In this document: piece by piece, positions 24,829 to 39,392 of the stretch
Layout of the letters: the number at the start of each line of letters is the position of its first letter
How positions within the stretch are numbered: position 1 is the stretch's first letter
Origin: the human T2T-CHM13v2.0 reference genome, Homo sapiens
NCBI RefSeq assembly: GCF_009914755.1
Contig: NC_060933.1
Direction: 5' to 3' (one strand)
DNA length: 64,000 nt
The notes under the pieces: generated by a model
Database searches by the model: none
The model's input: the letters and a program-made list of their open reading frames with translations, nothing else
What the model was told of the DNA's origin: nothing
Made by a program: the position numbers and the translations under genes

Positions 24829-25769
24829 ACCCCAAACTCTTGACTCCTCCTCTAGCCCTAACGCCACCATCCCTAGGTCTCCTAATGCAATATTCTGTTA
24901 AGAACTACTGGTCTATTACATTCATGAAAATGTGGGAGCCATTTGAGGATGCTAAAAAGAAGGGTGCGGAAGCTCACACTGAAATCCTTCAAGGTCCTGT
25001 GCAAGGAGTCACCCTCACGACAGAGCCACAGGTGCAAAGGATTTCATAAATATTTCAGGAAGGCAACATGTGGGTGACCAACAACCCAGGCTTTTTTCAG
25101 GATCGGAGTAGACTGAGTCTTTTACTGAGTACTGTCAAAAGAAAATGATTTAAGAGACTCAAGCAGAGGTTGGGTCTAAATAGAGTCTCTATTTAGAGAC
25201 TAAATAGGTTCTAAAGTCTCTGTTCCACAGGGGCATATCAGGGAGAACCTGAAACTTATCTGTTTAAGCAGAACCAAGGTTTTCAAAGGGTGGGGGTGGA
25301 TTGAGTACATATCCTTGCAGTTTTTGCATCAGGTGGCAATTTTCATCTTTAAGAAAACTTATGGTTGGTGATAGTTTGTTCCTGTTTTTGTGTCTGTTGC
25401 TTGGGATGTTTGGTGCAATCCCAATAACCTGTGAGAACTGTTTTGGCAAATGTTGAAGTTTATTGGTTAGTCAAAGTTTATGGTAAAAAGGAGGTAGAAG
25501 AAAAACAGAAAAGAAGAGAAAGAGGGCAAGGGTAGAAGGCAAGGGGGAAGCAGGAACGCTGTATCTGTTTGAGTGCTTTTACAGCACTAAGTAGTTGACT
25601 TGCACTGGTGGAATGGAAATACGCATCTGTAAACACCAGATGGAAGATGCCCACAGTTTGCAAAGGAGCAAGTCTCCCTGGGGTGCAGAAGACACACCTC
25701 CTACTCCTGCCTCACCCCAGATCTGCCTCAATGAGTGAAATCATGGGGTGCAAGGTGGTTCTGCTCTCT

Positions 25770-25935
25770 TCATGTTATTTTCTGTTTTTCCCTCCTTCAT
25801 CCTGTCCTTTCCCTCTCCTTTTCTCCTCCCTACACCTTTTCTTTCCTGCTTCTCCCTCTCCACTCCCTGTCTTGTTCTCCCTTCCTCTCTCTTCTTCTGC
25901 CCTTCCTTCCCCAACCCCACCACCCTTTCTCTTGG
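25770..25935. repeat. CT-rich polypyrimidine low-complexity tract
   Basis: ~165 bp almost entirely C/T on the + strand. Confidence 0.8.
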
Positions 25936-27019
25936 GCCTATGGTTAAATTTGAGTTGTTAAATGAGCAATACAACTGCAGGTAATTCCTTTAGATCAGAT
26001 CTCCCTAGCCATCTTGATGTCAACTTCTGCATTTTTCATTTTTATAGAAAAATAAAATGAAGCGTACTCACATCTCTTTGGTCTTCCCTTCCTTCCTCTG
26101 GCTGCCCCATTTCTCTCTTCCTTGCAGTGCCTGTTGCCTGTTCCTTCTCTCCATCTATCAGAGTTGTAACTGTCATCCTGCTGGGAACGTGCCTTTGGAA
26201 ATGAGAATCCTGTGCTTGGTCTAGTGGCCTCTCCTCATGTGACACTTGTAAAGCCCACCTTCTTTGGAGCACGCCACAGCAGCCCTGTGTGAGTGCCACT
26301 CTCTACACCCGCTGGAAGAAAGCTTAAGGGAATGTAAGACTTAGAGGGTTCAGCGTGAGACCTCATCTTTTTATTTCGTCCTACTCCAGACTCCAGAATA
26401 CCTGTCAAACTGAGGCTGGGAGATTATTCATATTTGGAAAGTGCTGCATTTGCTTCTGTTTTCATTGATGTTGGGATACCTGTCTTACATATTGTACAGA
26501 AAAGGGGGTAACTGCAAAAGAGAAGCTTCCACTGGTGGTGCAATTAATTAAATGGTAGTAAATAATAATTTGAGAAGTTGAATATGTGGTTGATTTTACA
26601 ACTTTTAAAATAATGTGAGTGGTGGCAAAAAGAAAAAAAAACTTCAACATCCCAAACCACAAATCACATTTTGGTTGAGGTTGTTGTTCCCTACAAAATA
26701 AAAAAGGTTTGGAAAAGACCATTTGAATTACTTTTTTCCCCACAAAGTTTGAAATTCTCCCTCTTTAAATGATCCCTGGACAATTCACATGCCTGTCTAA
26801 GTTGGAATTAACATTTCTACATGAAGACTTACTTTGATAATATTAATGTTAATTTATGTTAAAAAACACTGTATAGTTATCAGAGCAATTTCATAGATAT
26901 GATCTCATTCTATCCCATTGCTGGCTGATATTCTCTTTAAAGTACGCTTCCAGAAGGTAAAAGGCTTGTCCAAAGTACCTCATCCAGAATGTTCTGGGCT
27001 ATACCTTGATGTCCTAGCT

Positions 27020-27329
27020 CAGGGCTCAGCAAATGGCAGCCATGGATTGAATCCAACCCACCATGTACTTTTTGTCTGGTACAACATGTAAGAATGGGTT
27101 TTACTTTTTTGAACGATTGGAGAAAAAAACTTTACAATACAGGAAAAATATTTAAAATCCAAATTTCTGTGTCTGTAAGTGAAGTTTCCTTGGAAAACCA
27201 CGTTTGCACATCATCCATGGCCACTTTGTTGCTGCAAGGGCAGTGTTGAGTAGTTGCAACAGAGAAGATATGGCCTGAAAAGCCAGAAATGTTTACTTCA
27301 TGGTCCTTGACAGAGTTGGCCAACCTCTG
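27020..27329 (+). mobile_element. MER58B-like hAT-Charlie MITE
   Basis: TIR-like ends CAGGGCTCAGCAAA / TTGGCCAACCTCTG; TTGAGTAGTTGCAACAGAGA hallmark; 6/8 TSD TCCTAGCT / TCCCAGAT. Confidence 0.8.
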
Positions 27330-29034
27330 TCCCAGATCAAGGGTTTATTCCATTGCTCAAGAGCTGTCTTACTAGAGGCCTAGCAGACCCATGGACAAAG
27401 GCAAAGCCACATTAGTCTTGTTTGTGAGCCCCTTAGAAGAGGCTTTGAAATTGGCCTGCAATGAAAGGCTAGCACTTTCCTGCTCAAGAGCACCCTTGTC
27501 CTTCTGAGTGGTGAACTGCAGAGTGGGATTGAGTATCCAGGCTAGCAGGCAGCTCCCTCCTCCAGTGGGGCATGCAGCAGTCCTAACAAGACCTTTCCTA
27601 AATGAAAGGGCAGAAAAGCAGTATTCTGTCTCCCCTCCTCCCTTTCTCCTTACCAGGAAAAAGGGGTTCATTAACTAATGAGCCATCCTTAGACATAGGA
27701 AGGACAAAATGTCCCAACTTAGAGGGTAAGGAGACAAATGTGGATGGAAGCAACGAAGCACTCTGCTCTGTGTTTGTTTTTAATGCAGGTTGTTTGATAT
27801 GCTATTCTGCTATCCCTATACCACTTTCGACCTGTGGAAGGTCTTGTCTGCTGTGGTTGAGCATGGAAGGGTCAATTGGATGAAGAAATCAAGTATACAG
27901 AAGGCTTACTCTTCTCTCAGCAGACCATCAGATTCATTTTGACTCCCTATTTTTTTGCTGCCACCCACAAAACATATGATCTTCCCTTTTCTGAGTACCT
28001 ATTATATGTCACTCTATTTAGATTTAAATAGATGATCTTATGTAACTGTCTCCACCATCCCATGGGGTTTACCCAGAAGGGAACTGAAACCTGGATTGTC
28101 TAATATTTTTTCTCAGGCACCAAGCTGGTACCTGATCTCTATGATGCCAATATCTGGGCTTTTCCCGCCAAACCTCAAGAGCTCTACAAAGTCAAGTGCA
28201 TCTTCAATCAAGGGCGTGTTTTTGCTCCGTGACTCCATGGGGTTTACTCAGAAGGGAGCTGGGTCCTCATGACATCTTCACTGTAGAGGAGCTTTCTCTT
28301 AGTTGCATTTCCTCAGAGCATCAACTCCTGGGACCTTATGAGAAATTCTTTAAAAAGAAAAAAATTTGAAAACTCTGTTTGCAGAACAATAAAGTAAAAA
28401 AGGGCAATCAAGTTTCTTTGGCCAAGGACTTTTCGGAGCCTTTTACAGGCAGCATTTGCAGCCATCTTCCAAGTGAATTCTAGCAACCAGAAGGGAATCT
28501 GAATAACTGAAACACAAAGCTCTTCCCAAACTTGTGTTCTTAGAAATACTGGTTCTGACACATGTGAAGTGTTCTGCAAAACAAACAAATGAATAAATAA
28601 AAAACTGAGCAAGATGTCATGCTGAGAGGCTTGTTTACCTTGCCCAACATCTAGACCGGGGAAACAGAACTAGAAAAATAAAATAATTCCAATAATTAAA
28701 TAAGGGAATAATGCATGCCTCCCAAAAGCATAGCATAGCCCAGAACAAATTTTTCATTTACTTTGTTTTCATGAAAAAAAAATGAAGCTTCCAAATATGC
28801 AAAATTGCATAATAACAGGCTATCGCTAGGAGAGGAAGCCACACATTAAGAAGTATCTAATGGCAAAAATGCAGTCATTGTATGAGCAGGGTAGGGGGGC
28901 CCCAGGCAGAGGGCCTGTCCAACCATTTACAATGCTTGGGGCTTACAGAGTGGGCCAACAGTACAGCTTTCTCAAAAGGATGCCTTTTATTCAGTTAGTT
29001 AGGGAATGTCTACAAGTAATCATATCCACCTGAA

Positions 29035-29240
29035 GACTCCTAGATTCCAGTCATTCCTCCACACTTAGCATGAGCAAGTTAGCTAAAATATCTATGACTC
29101 AGTTTTCTCAGCTGTAAAATGGGAATCTCTAACCCATAGCCATGGATTCAATGAATTATATGTTTAGTGTGCTTAGAACAGTGCTTGATATGAAGAAAAT
29201 GCTATGTAAGTGTTACTGTTAGCATTAATTTTCTATTGTT
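29035..29240 (+). mobile_element. MIR SINE
   Basis: GAGCAAGTTAGC...CTCAGTTTTCTCAGCTGTAAAATGGG...GTGCTTAGAACAGTGCTTG. Confidence 0.75.
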
Positions 29241-29708
29241 TTTATTTGTTGATGTTATTGTTATTCAGGGGCTTATTGAACCACCTACCCTCACAAGAAC
29301 AAAGAGGTCATTATGTAACTTCTCTCTTCATATTTTTTGTCTCTTTTTCTTTCTGCTCATTTGATCTTCTCTCCATGTGGGCCTGTTTCATTTTATTGTG
29401 TACATGACCCATCACTGTTGTGTTAAAATGGAAGCCCAGGCCGCAGCACACATCCTCTGCTAGGACAACACCCCTCAGACAGCAAATCAGAGGCCTACCA
29501 CCCTGCACCTTCAGGATCCTTGTAAGAGATGGCATCTTCTGGTCCATAAGGTGACCCTTTCCACGTCCCCAGGCAGCCCCAAGTCTCCAAAAAAGAAACA
29601 TACTTAGTGGGGTGAAAATAACAGCTATGTCTGGTGCTGTGTCCCTAGGCTAAGTTCACCCCAGGCACACTGGACACCAGGTCAAGACAGCAGACATTAG
29701 CTAGACCC

Positions 29709-29769
29709 TGAGTCAACAATGGAGAGGAAATTCCCATTCCACCCAACTGTCTGGGCTTCCATTGACTCA
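29709..29769. promoter_or_regulatory. Candidate enhancer core: AP-1, SOX, NF-kB, TEAD and a second AP-1 motif
   Basis: TGAGTCA 29709-29715, AACAATG 29715-29721, GGAAATTCCC 29726-29735, CATTCCA 29735-29741, TGACTCA 29763-29769. Confidence 0.45.
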
Positions 29770-30583
29770 GGACCTGGGGAAGACTCAGCACACGTAGCAG
29801 AATTTTACAGCAGACCTATGGGTATGCCTGGGGTGGTTGCAACTGGTAATATGTACAAAAATAACTAGCACATGGAAGAATTTGCTTATTTCCATCCATT
29901 TGCTCACTTGTTGAACAAATATTTATTGAGTGACTTCTCAGTGTCATGCTAGGGAATATGCATTTTAAACATTTCATGAGTAGAACAAATAAACATTTTT
30001 AAAGAGATAAAAGATATTTTTATAATCTCATTAGTGATACTCTCAACCTAATCCTTTATGTGAGTAGTTCATTCATTCTGGAGATTCCTGAGGATAACAA
30101 CAATATATATTGTTTATCTTATTCATATACTTTAAAATTATTATTATTGAATCAACATGCTACAATCCTCATACAAACCAATCACTAGAAATTGTCAATG
30201 ACATTTATTATAGAATATTTAATTCATGTAGTAATAAAATAATATATAAAACATATTGATATGTATTTAATAATAATATTGAATATGCAATACATATGAA
30301 AACCCACACATTCCCCATTAAGCCTAAGAAATTGAATAATGCCAATTCCTCTGAAGCTCCCTGTATGCCCTCCCAGGTTGGATCGCCATCCCTCTCCCAA
30401 GAGTAGACCATTTTCTTGAATTGCTATGGATCATCCTCTTGTGTTTCTTCATAGGTTTTATTTTATGTGACTATATCTCTAAACAAGATATCACTTAGTT
30501 TTGTCTGTTCTGGAATTTCACATCAATGGAATCATATTGTATGTGTTTTTCCTAGATAGATGGATTTTTATATCTATAGAAAT

Positions 30584-31037
<454 letters not shown>

Positions 31038-31309
31038 AACATGATACATTTAAAATTTATTCAGATAAATACAAATAGCTGGAATTCAGTTATTTTACTG
31101 CATAATATTCCATGCATGACTGCACCATGATTGATTGATTCATTCATTCCCCTCAGACTCTTTTTAGAATTTTGCTATTAAAAATAATAAATGTACGAGC
31201 ATCTTAGCCATGTCTCCTGGGCAGGTGTGTGGATGGTTCTCCTGCACCTGGAAATGGAGTGCTGAGTCACGAGGAAGATGTATCTTCACATTGACCAGAG
31301 AACGTGAGA

Positions 31310-31636
<327 letters not shown>

Positions 31637-32742
31637 TAGTGGTCGTACCACCCTACTCTGTCACATCTCAAGGTGATGTCTTTGTCCATTTTGGTGAGTA
31701 AAAAAGGGTATACTGTGATCTCATTTGGCATTTCTCTGATTGAATATCCTTTTATATGTTTATTGACCATTTGGATTTACTCTTTTGTGAATTGCCTACC
31801 CCTGTCTTTGCTTATTTTTCTATTTTGTTTTCTATTTTCTGTGTTTGTTTTGTGTATATACATATACATAGTTTTGTTTGTTTTGTGTGTATACACAGAC
31901 ACACATGCATACATACATATATGTATTAATATGTCACATGCATATAATACAATTATCTCTCAGTTTACAGGTTTTCATGTTTTTATTTTTTATTGTGTTC
32001 TTTGATAAACAGAAATTTATATTTAATGTAATCTAGTTTTTCTACCTTTTCCTTTATGGCTTGGCCTCCTTTGTCTTAAGAAATCCTTTACCACAGTGAA
32101 ATTAAAACAACCACCACCACAAACACAGAAGTTATCCTATACTGTCTTCGAAAAGTTTTAAATTTCTTCTTTTCACATTTAATCCTTAAATCCATCTGAC
32201 ACTGATTTTATGCATTGTGTGTGGGAGGGATCTAATTTCATTTTATTTCTCACAAGGATAACCAGTTAATTCTGCACTATGTGGTCCTTCATTCACCCTT
32301 TTTTCCTAGATCTTCAACGCTACCAGCCACATATGAAATTTCCATTTATGCATGGGTCTATTCCCAGGCCCTCTCTTCTGATTTCTTTGGCATTTTAGCC
32401 TCTATCTGCACTGGTGACATATTGATTTATTTATTATACCTTTTCACTAAGCCTGAACACTGGTGGGGCAATCACCTCCTCACCCTTCATTCTCTTCTGA
32501 GTGTCTTTGCTATTCTTGCCTTTTGCTTTCCTATGTACATATTAGAATTAACTTGTTAAGTCTCCAGAAGAATTTGCTCTAAATTGATAGATTAATTTGA
32601 GAAATGGTATATTAATTTGAGAAGTGGTATATTTATGAAATTCAGTCTTCTCCTCCTGGTGTATGGTATATCTTATTTATTTATTTTCAGTGGATATTTG
32701 GGTTATTTTTAGTTTTTTGCTGTTAAAAAATATTGAATTTAT

Positions 32743-32966
32743 CTTTGGGAGGCCGAGGCAGACGGATCATGAGGTCAGGAGATCGAGACCATCCTGGCTA
32801 ACACAGTGAAACCCCATCCTACTAAAAATGCAAAAAAAAATTAGCTGGGCCTGGTGGCAGGCGCCTGTAGTCCCAGCTACTCAGGAGGCGGAGCTTGCAG
32901 TGAGCCAAGATCGTGCCACTGCACTCCAGCCTGGGCGACAGAGTGAAACTCCATCTCAAAAAAAAA
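32743..32966 (+). mobile_element. AluY, 5'-truncated with an internal right-arm deletion
   Basis: AluY diagnostics (GAGATCGAGACCATCCTGGCTAACAC, GGAGCTTGCAG); segment between the two GGAGGC words lost; TSD AATTTAT 32736-32742 / 33061-33067. Confidence 0.9.
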
Positions 32967-33022
<56 letters not shown>

Positions 33023-33060
33023 ATATTTATATACATATATACATTTATATATATATATAT
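32967..33060. repeat. (TA)n microsatellite born from the AluY tail
   Basis: ~95-bp interrupted TA repeat lying inside the AluY TSD pair. Confidence 0.92.
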
Positions 33061-33880
33061 AATTTATTTAGGTTTCCTTAGATGTCTTTCGGCATAGTTT
33101 TACAACCTTTTAAAGTCTTGCACATCTTTTGTTAAATTCTTTCCTATGTATCTTATACTTTTCTGCTGCTATTATATGTGGTAACTTTTTAAAAAAGTAT
33201 GAAACATAACTATTGTTTGAGATCTTCATTGTAAACTATATTCTTACTGTGTTTTGTTGCCCGTCAGAGACAGTAAGATGGATGGGATAATTTTTCCCTT
33301 ACCAAATAACTCTGGACTTCTAGACTGCTCTACTCTTCAAATCCTTGGATTTGCTTTTTATACTTTCTTGTCTTTTTCATTGCTGTTATGTTATGAGGGA
33401 AGGACTCCTTCCCAATCCTGAGTTTGATGTGCTCCTGACTAACCATATGAAGCTTATTAAAATCATAGGAAAATTGTCATAAATACACAAACTGCCCACA
33501 ACCCTATTATTTAAGTTCCTTCAAGATTCTCAAATAGTGGAGCTTGCAAAGAAAATCGTGTCTGCATAAGTAAGCTATTATTTCACAAATTAATAGTTAT
33601 TTGTATCTAGTTTAAATAATTATATTACTATAGAAAAAAGAATGACAATTAAGTAGAAAGAAGAGGTATATTCTTAGAAGTGATAACCCGGGACGCATTG
33701 TCCCATGGTTGTATCTCAATCAAGTTTTAGGTAAAACTCTTACAAGAAAACGAATAATCTCACAAGCATTGCCTCAGAAACCCAAGCCAACAGAATAATG
33801 GCCACTCTTATGTGTGTAATGGCAGTAAGGTTGCATAAGTGGACATGGCAACAGAATTTTGGGGCCATTTGGCTAATTTC

Positions 33881-34197
33881 TTTCTTTTTTTTAATTTTTT
33901 TTTTTTTTTTTTTTGAGATGGAGTTTCACTCTTTTTGCCCAGGCTGGAGAGCAATGGCACAATCTAGGCTCACTGCCATCTCGGCCTCCCAGGTTCAAGC
34001 GATTCTCCTGCCTCAGCCTCCCAAGTAGCTGGGACTATAGGTGCCTGCCACCACGCCTGGCTAATTATTGTATTTTTAGTAGAGATGGAGTTTCACCATG
34101 TTGGCCAGGCTGGTCTTGAACTCCTGACCTCAAGCAATCTGCCCTCCTTGGCCACCCAAACTGCTGGAATTACAGGCGTGAGCCACTGTGCCTGACC
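33881..34197 (-). mobile_element. Alu SINE (AluSq/Sp-like)
   Basis: GAGTTTCACTCTTTTTGCCCAGG...GCAATGG diagnostics; TSD GCCATTTGGCTAATTTCT / ACCATTTGACTGATTTCT. Confidence 0.94.
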
Positions 34198-34513
34198 ACC
34201 ATTTGACTGATTTCTATAGGTATATAAAATTCTAAGTTTCTAACTAAGCTATGCCAAAATTCCGGCATAAATGAGCAAAATTTGAGTTTAATTGAGGTGT
34301 ATTATTGACTATCAGTTGCTACCTAAGGAAAGAGCCATCCATTGTCAGGATAATGAACATATGGTGTCTAATAGAGTGCGAGGGGTGGTTGCAGAGGCTG
34401 AGGAGTTGGATACATTGGCCCTGAAGAATGGCTAATGTCTCTGAATTATGAGACTGTTTAGGTAGGACAGTGCATTTGTGTGCTTTTTCACTTTCAGAAT
34501 GACTCAATGGCAT

Positions 34514-34854
34514 TGCAGTAGGATTACTGTAATTCTTCTCTCCTTTTGGAAATTTAAGTTTTTTACTCCGTTGAAGATAGGCATGACCATGTGATTTACT
34601 TCAGCCAATAAAATGTGAGCAGAAGTGGCATTATTACCTCCAGGGAAAAACATTTAATGCCTTGCCTCTGTTTAGCTGCCTTTGAGTGCGTGAAGGAACA
34701 ACACTAGCCAATCGCACAGAAAACTAAACAGTTGCTAGGATTGTCAATGAGACCAGACCTGCAGAGGACCTGGTGAGCCAGAAGCAGACTTCTGTTGCTA
34801 AAGGTTTGAAGTTGCTTGTCCTGCAGGAAAGCCTAGGATCTCCTGCCTGACACA
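34514..34854 (+). mobile_element. Old MaLR LTR (MLT1I/J-like)
   Basis: GGCATGACCATGTGATTTACTTCAGCCAATAAAATGTGAGCAGAAGTG hallmark. Confidence 0.6.
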
Positions 34855-35075
34855 GATACCAACCATCACAGTACATTTTGTGTGAATTATGAATTTAAGA
34901 ACTAGCAGCAAGGACTGTGGATTTCAGTTTCAGAGATCCAGAATCTCACTTTCCTCATGTGAACCCTGCCAAAGTTGAGGGGTGTGGAACTTGCTATCCA
35001 TGGGGGAAAAAAAAAAAAGAAAGAAAACCAAAAAACTGATTCTCTCGGTTTTGAGATAAGAATGAGAAAGACAGT

Positions 35076-35402
<327 letters not shown>

Positions 35403-36599
35403 TCACCAAAAGGACTCCATTCCCCCCAAACCATAATTTGATTATCTTTCAAGGATTAAGAAAAAAGTACATGTATACGTATGCACCTATGTAATACATT
35501 TAACTACATGTGGTGTAAGCAGAGCGGCAAGCTTGGTGTCTTCTATCCTAACTGCTTTAATATCCTTAGGTCTAGAAAACAGTTGCTTCTTGAAACTGGG
35601 CTCTGTTCCTAGCCCACCCTTGTATCTGATAGCCATCAGTGGCACAGAATTTATCAACAAAAATGCAAAATGTAATATTAATTTAGTGTCTTTCCTTTGA
35701 AGCCAGGAAGTCCTTTTCCTCCTTTTCATGTTTCTAGCCTTGTGAGAGCTGTCACTTCATTTGGGGTCATTAAAGATAAAGGAGATTTGTACTCTTGGCA
35801 TTTCTCAGCCCTGATACTACCCACTTCAAATGGCCCTGTCCTTGTCTCTTTAGAATCCATAGTCTGTATACTAATAGCTGCCTTCTCCCAGCTCTAATTC
35901 AGGTGGCCTTGTCTGCTCCCCTAATGCTCCCCCAACCAGCACCAAAATGAACAAACAAAACCTTCCAAATTCATAAGATCACAAGCTAATCCCTCTCTGA
36001 TTTGGCAAGGAGGGGAAATTCTATTTTCTATTCATGCTCACCCAGTCTTTTTTATTCATCCATACCACTCCCCATTCCATTCCTTCACCTCCTGTTCCTG
36101 CAGAGAAATCTCTATCCCCTCTCTATGGAACATTCCTGCTGTCTAGATATGTTACAGGCACTCACAGACATGCTGACTGTAAGAGCTGACATTCAAGTCA
36201 TCCTGCTCTACAGGGTGACAAGAAAGCACAGTGCTCGTTCGTGAGATCCCTACTGCCTTACTTACAGTGCAGGGGAGTCCCTTTGGTCCCCAGAGGCCAC
36301 TTCAGGACTCTAAGACCACAAGGAAGGAAGGCAACAGGGGCCGAGGAGGATTTGCTCACTCAGTGAGCTTTTATGAGTAACAGAAGCGAGAAAGTAACTT
36401 GTACTCATATACGGTTTTGACATTTCCTTTAGAGGATGTGAGTCTCAAAAGGTAGGGTCCCATGATGATATAAAGTTATTTATTTCTTAATTTCATGTCT
36501 TTAAGTGCCTAGTAGTTTTCTAGAAATTTTAATTGGATACTCAATACACCCAGAATATTTTCTCCCAATGCCACATCTAGTATTAACTGTAATGAAATA

Positions 36600-36820
36600 A
36601 TAACATTATCTAAGATTTATGTACTAAGGACTTTATTAAGCCCTTTAAATTTTCATAGAAATCCCACAAGCGGGGTGCTATTCTTACTCCTTTACCAACC
36701 AGAACTCAGCCTTTGGAGAGACTGTGGTTGCCCAAGGTTAACATTTGTGAAAGGCAGAGTGGGGACTGAGTACTAGGTCCGTCACACCTCAGACCCCAGA
36801 TTGTTTACCCCCATGCTCAA
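36600..36820 (-). mobile_element. MIR fragment
   Basis: GGTGCTATTCTTACTCCTTTACC...TTGCCCAAGGTTAACA...GGCAGAGTGGGGACTG. Confidence 0.55.
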
Positions 36821-39392
36821 CAGCGTTTGATGTAATGGCCCAGTCTGACTCAGGGCTCCACAGTGTACTGAGTGTGTTTGTATCTGTTCTGATTCTCTGA
36901 CTTTCCATGCCTTTTGGGAGAATTTAATATAAATAAGATTTGGATTAGCTTACATTTTTTTCTAGGTGCCAAAACATAAGAGTAGAATTTAAGACCTCCG
37001 GATTTACTCTTGCACTTTCCATTGATCCATGACCCTTTCCTCTGCTCTGTGATGGCCAAGAGGTGGACGTGGTCCAGATCTCTGAGGAAAGAGGAAGCCT
37101 GAAACAGAGAGGTTTGTGGCTGTTACCATAGCCGGCCCCTCTGCAAACCTTGGTTTGCTCACTGGTAATTGGAGGAGTTTGTGGTGCTCGCAGGCTATCT
37201 GAGGGGTCTCTTCCAGCTGTGACATTTGGTGGCCCTAAACTCTCAGTGCCTGCCTGGCTTTTACGTGGTGTCATACCAGAGCGCCGAGCAACTCCTGCTT
37301 CCCGCAGACATCTTTCCTCTGTTCAGAGAATGTGAGCAACATTGAGAGCATGTAAGGGGCGATCCGGTGAACAGACTGGAGTCCATGCCTTCAAGTGGCC
37401 GAAAGCTGTTTTGCTTGCTGGAGATTTTGAGCCCATTGCAGTCAGCCTGGAATCTCCAGTCCTCCTTTTCACCCTAGCTTGCAGCCCACTGGAGCTAGTA
37501 AATTAAGACCTTTGCCTTTGACATTTGGGTTGGGAAAAAAGTGAAAACCGATCTAATAATAATTAGTTATGGTTTAATATGCGAGATTGAAGCATTCTCA
37601 TTTTTCATTCTGGAGCCTGGTGAGAAGGAGCCAAGAGCAGAGATTGATGGGGAAGCATAAACCCCCGCAACGTTCCCATGCCAAGAGAAGTAAATGATCC
37701 TCAGGCACCTTCTTATATCATGTTAAGAACCCATGACAGCCCCAAAAGAAATGGAGAGACCCAGAGAAGGTGGGGGATAAAAGAGGGGTTTTTTTCATTG
37801 TTCTCTTAGGCCAGGCACCTTGGCACACACATCCGTGCCTATTCATTGTGTAAAGACTGTGGTCTTCAGGCTCCAAGAAAGAGGGCTTGGATTCAGATAA
37901 CTGACTCTGGGGAAATAGCAGCTTGTTTTTGTAACACTGGAGATGTATTTACTTTTCACTTAATGAAGGGGAGTGATGTCTTGGATAAGTCATGACCCGA
38001 CACAAACTACAAACATTAAGCCCAAACATTACACGGGAAACCCTTCCCAGAAACGTCCAATTTGTTACTAAGTAGAATCAGTATTGGTGGTTTTAGTGCC
38101 ATGGAGAGATTTCATTAACTTTCTGAAGGGAAAACACTGTGGAATGGTGAGGCAAACCTAAAGACATTCTGTGTGCGAGTGTGCGCATGCACTCCTGTGC
38201 CTACGTGTGCGTGCGGCATAGCTGCAATTTGACATCATGTGGTAAGATTAGCCTGTTTCTCGCTGGCGGGAAATTCAGTGTGGCCCAGAAAGTTACAGAG
38301 GGAGGAAACTGTGAATTGGTTGAGAAGGAAAGTATTAAATAATTCTTGATGTATCACTGTGTCCTGGAAAAGAATGAAGATTAGGAGGAAAAAGGCTGGA
38401 ACAGGAGAGGAAAAACAGATGGTGCCTTGCAAAGAACACTCCTGCAGTTTTTCACATCTCCCAGTGGGACCTGAAATGTGAACACAGAGTTGAGGCTGAG
38501 CAGGAAGCCAAACACACTGCTGCGGACAGGTCAGTGTGGCCCCATGACCTGGGCGTGTTGTCCCAAGGCCTGGAGGCTGATGCCCAGGGGAGCCCTGGGG
38601 AGGGCCGGCAGATGCTGCCCTGTCGGGAGTGGGCAACTGAGGTCAGCAGGACCATCAGCCAAGTGCCTGGTTTTATCCATCATGAATGAGATGGCAAGGA
38701 TCCAGCCGTGGGAATTTTAGCAGAATGGTTATGTGTAAGGAAATAGGCATAAAATAAGAGGGCAAATGGGGCTTACCACAGAATACCACAACCAGAACAC
38801 AAAAATCTTAATGACTTTTAAAGATTTTTGCAAAGTTTCAGGCCTTCCCTCAACTCAGCAAACATTCCCGTACCTACCTTTATTTGCCTCTTCAGGCTTT
38901 CTAGATCCTTCCCTGTCTCCCATTTGCCTGTAGAGCTGAATGAAACCAGAGACCAAGCCAAGGGTGGGGAGCCCACTGGCCCAAACAGGCTCTTTTGCAA
39001 GGCCCACACGCTCCATGAGTTTCTGTGGATTTGAAGGTTGTCTTGAGCCATTTGCCTGAAAGCCAGAGTTTCTAGCTCCAACAAATACGAGTCTCACAAA
39101 GTAAGAACAAGGCCTTAGTGTCTGAGATGTGGGACTTCATTCAATGCTGTGATTTTAATATAAGAAATGAGAGATTAAATTATAATGACATTTCAAAAAA
39201 GAATAACATTTTTATAAATACCAAAGTCTACCAGCAAACTCAGTGGTAGATAAAAGATTTCTAGCTACTAAAGAAAGAGCACTCAATGTGCAATGTTGGA
39301 AATTCTATGTGAGCAGGTAGAGAAAAGAACAGCAACTTTATATTTTTAAGGAATGTGATGTTATGGGAAGGCACAGGTGGTAAGGCCTCCTG

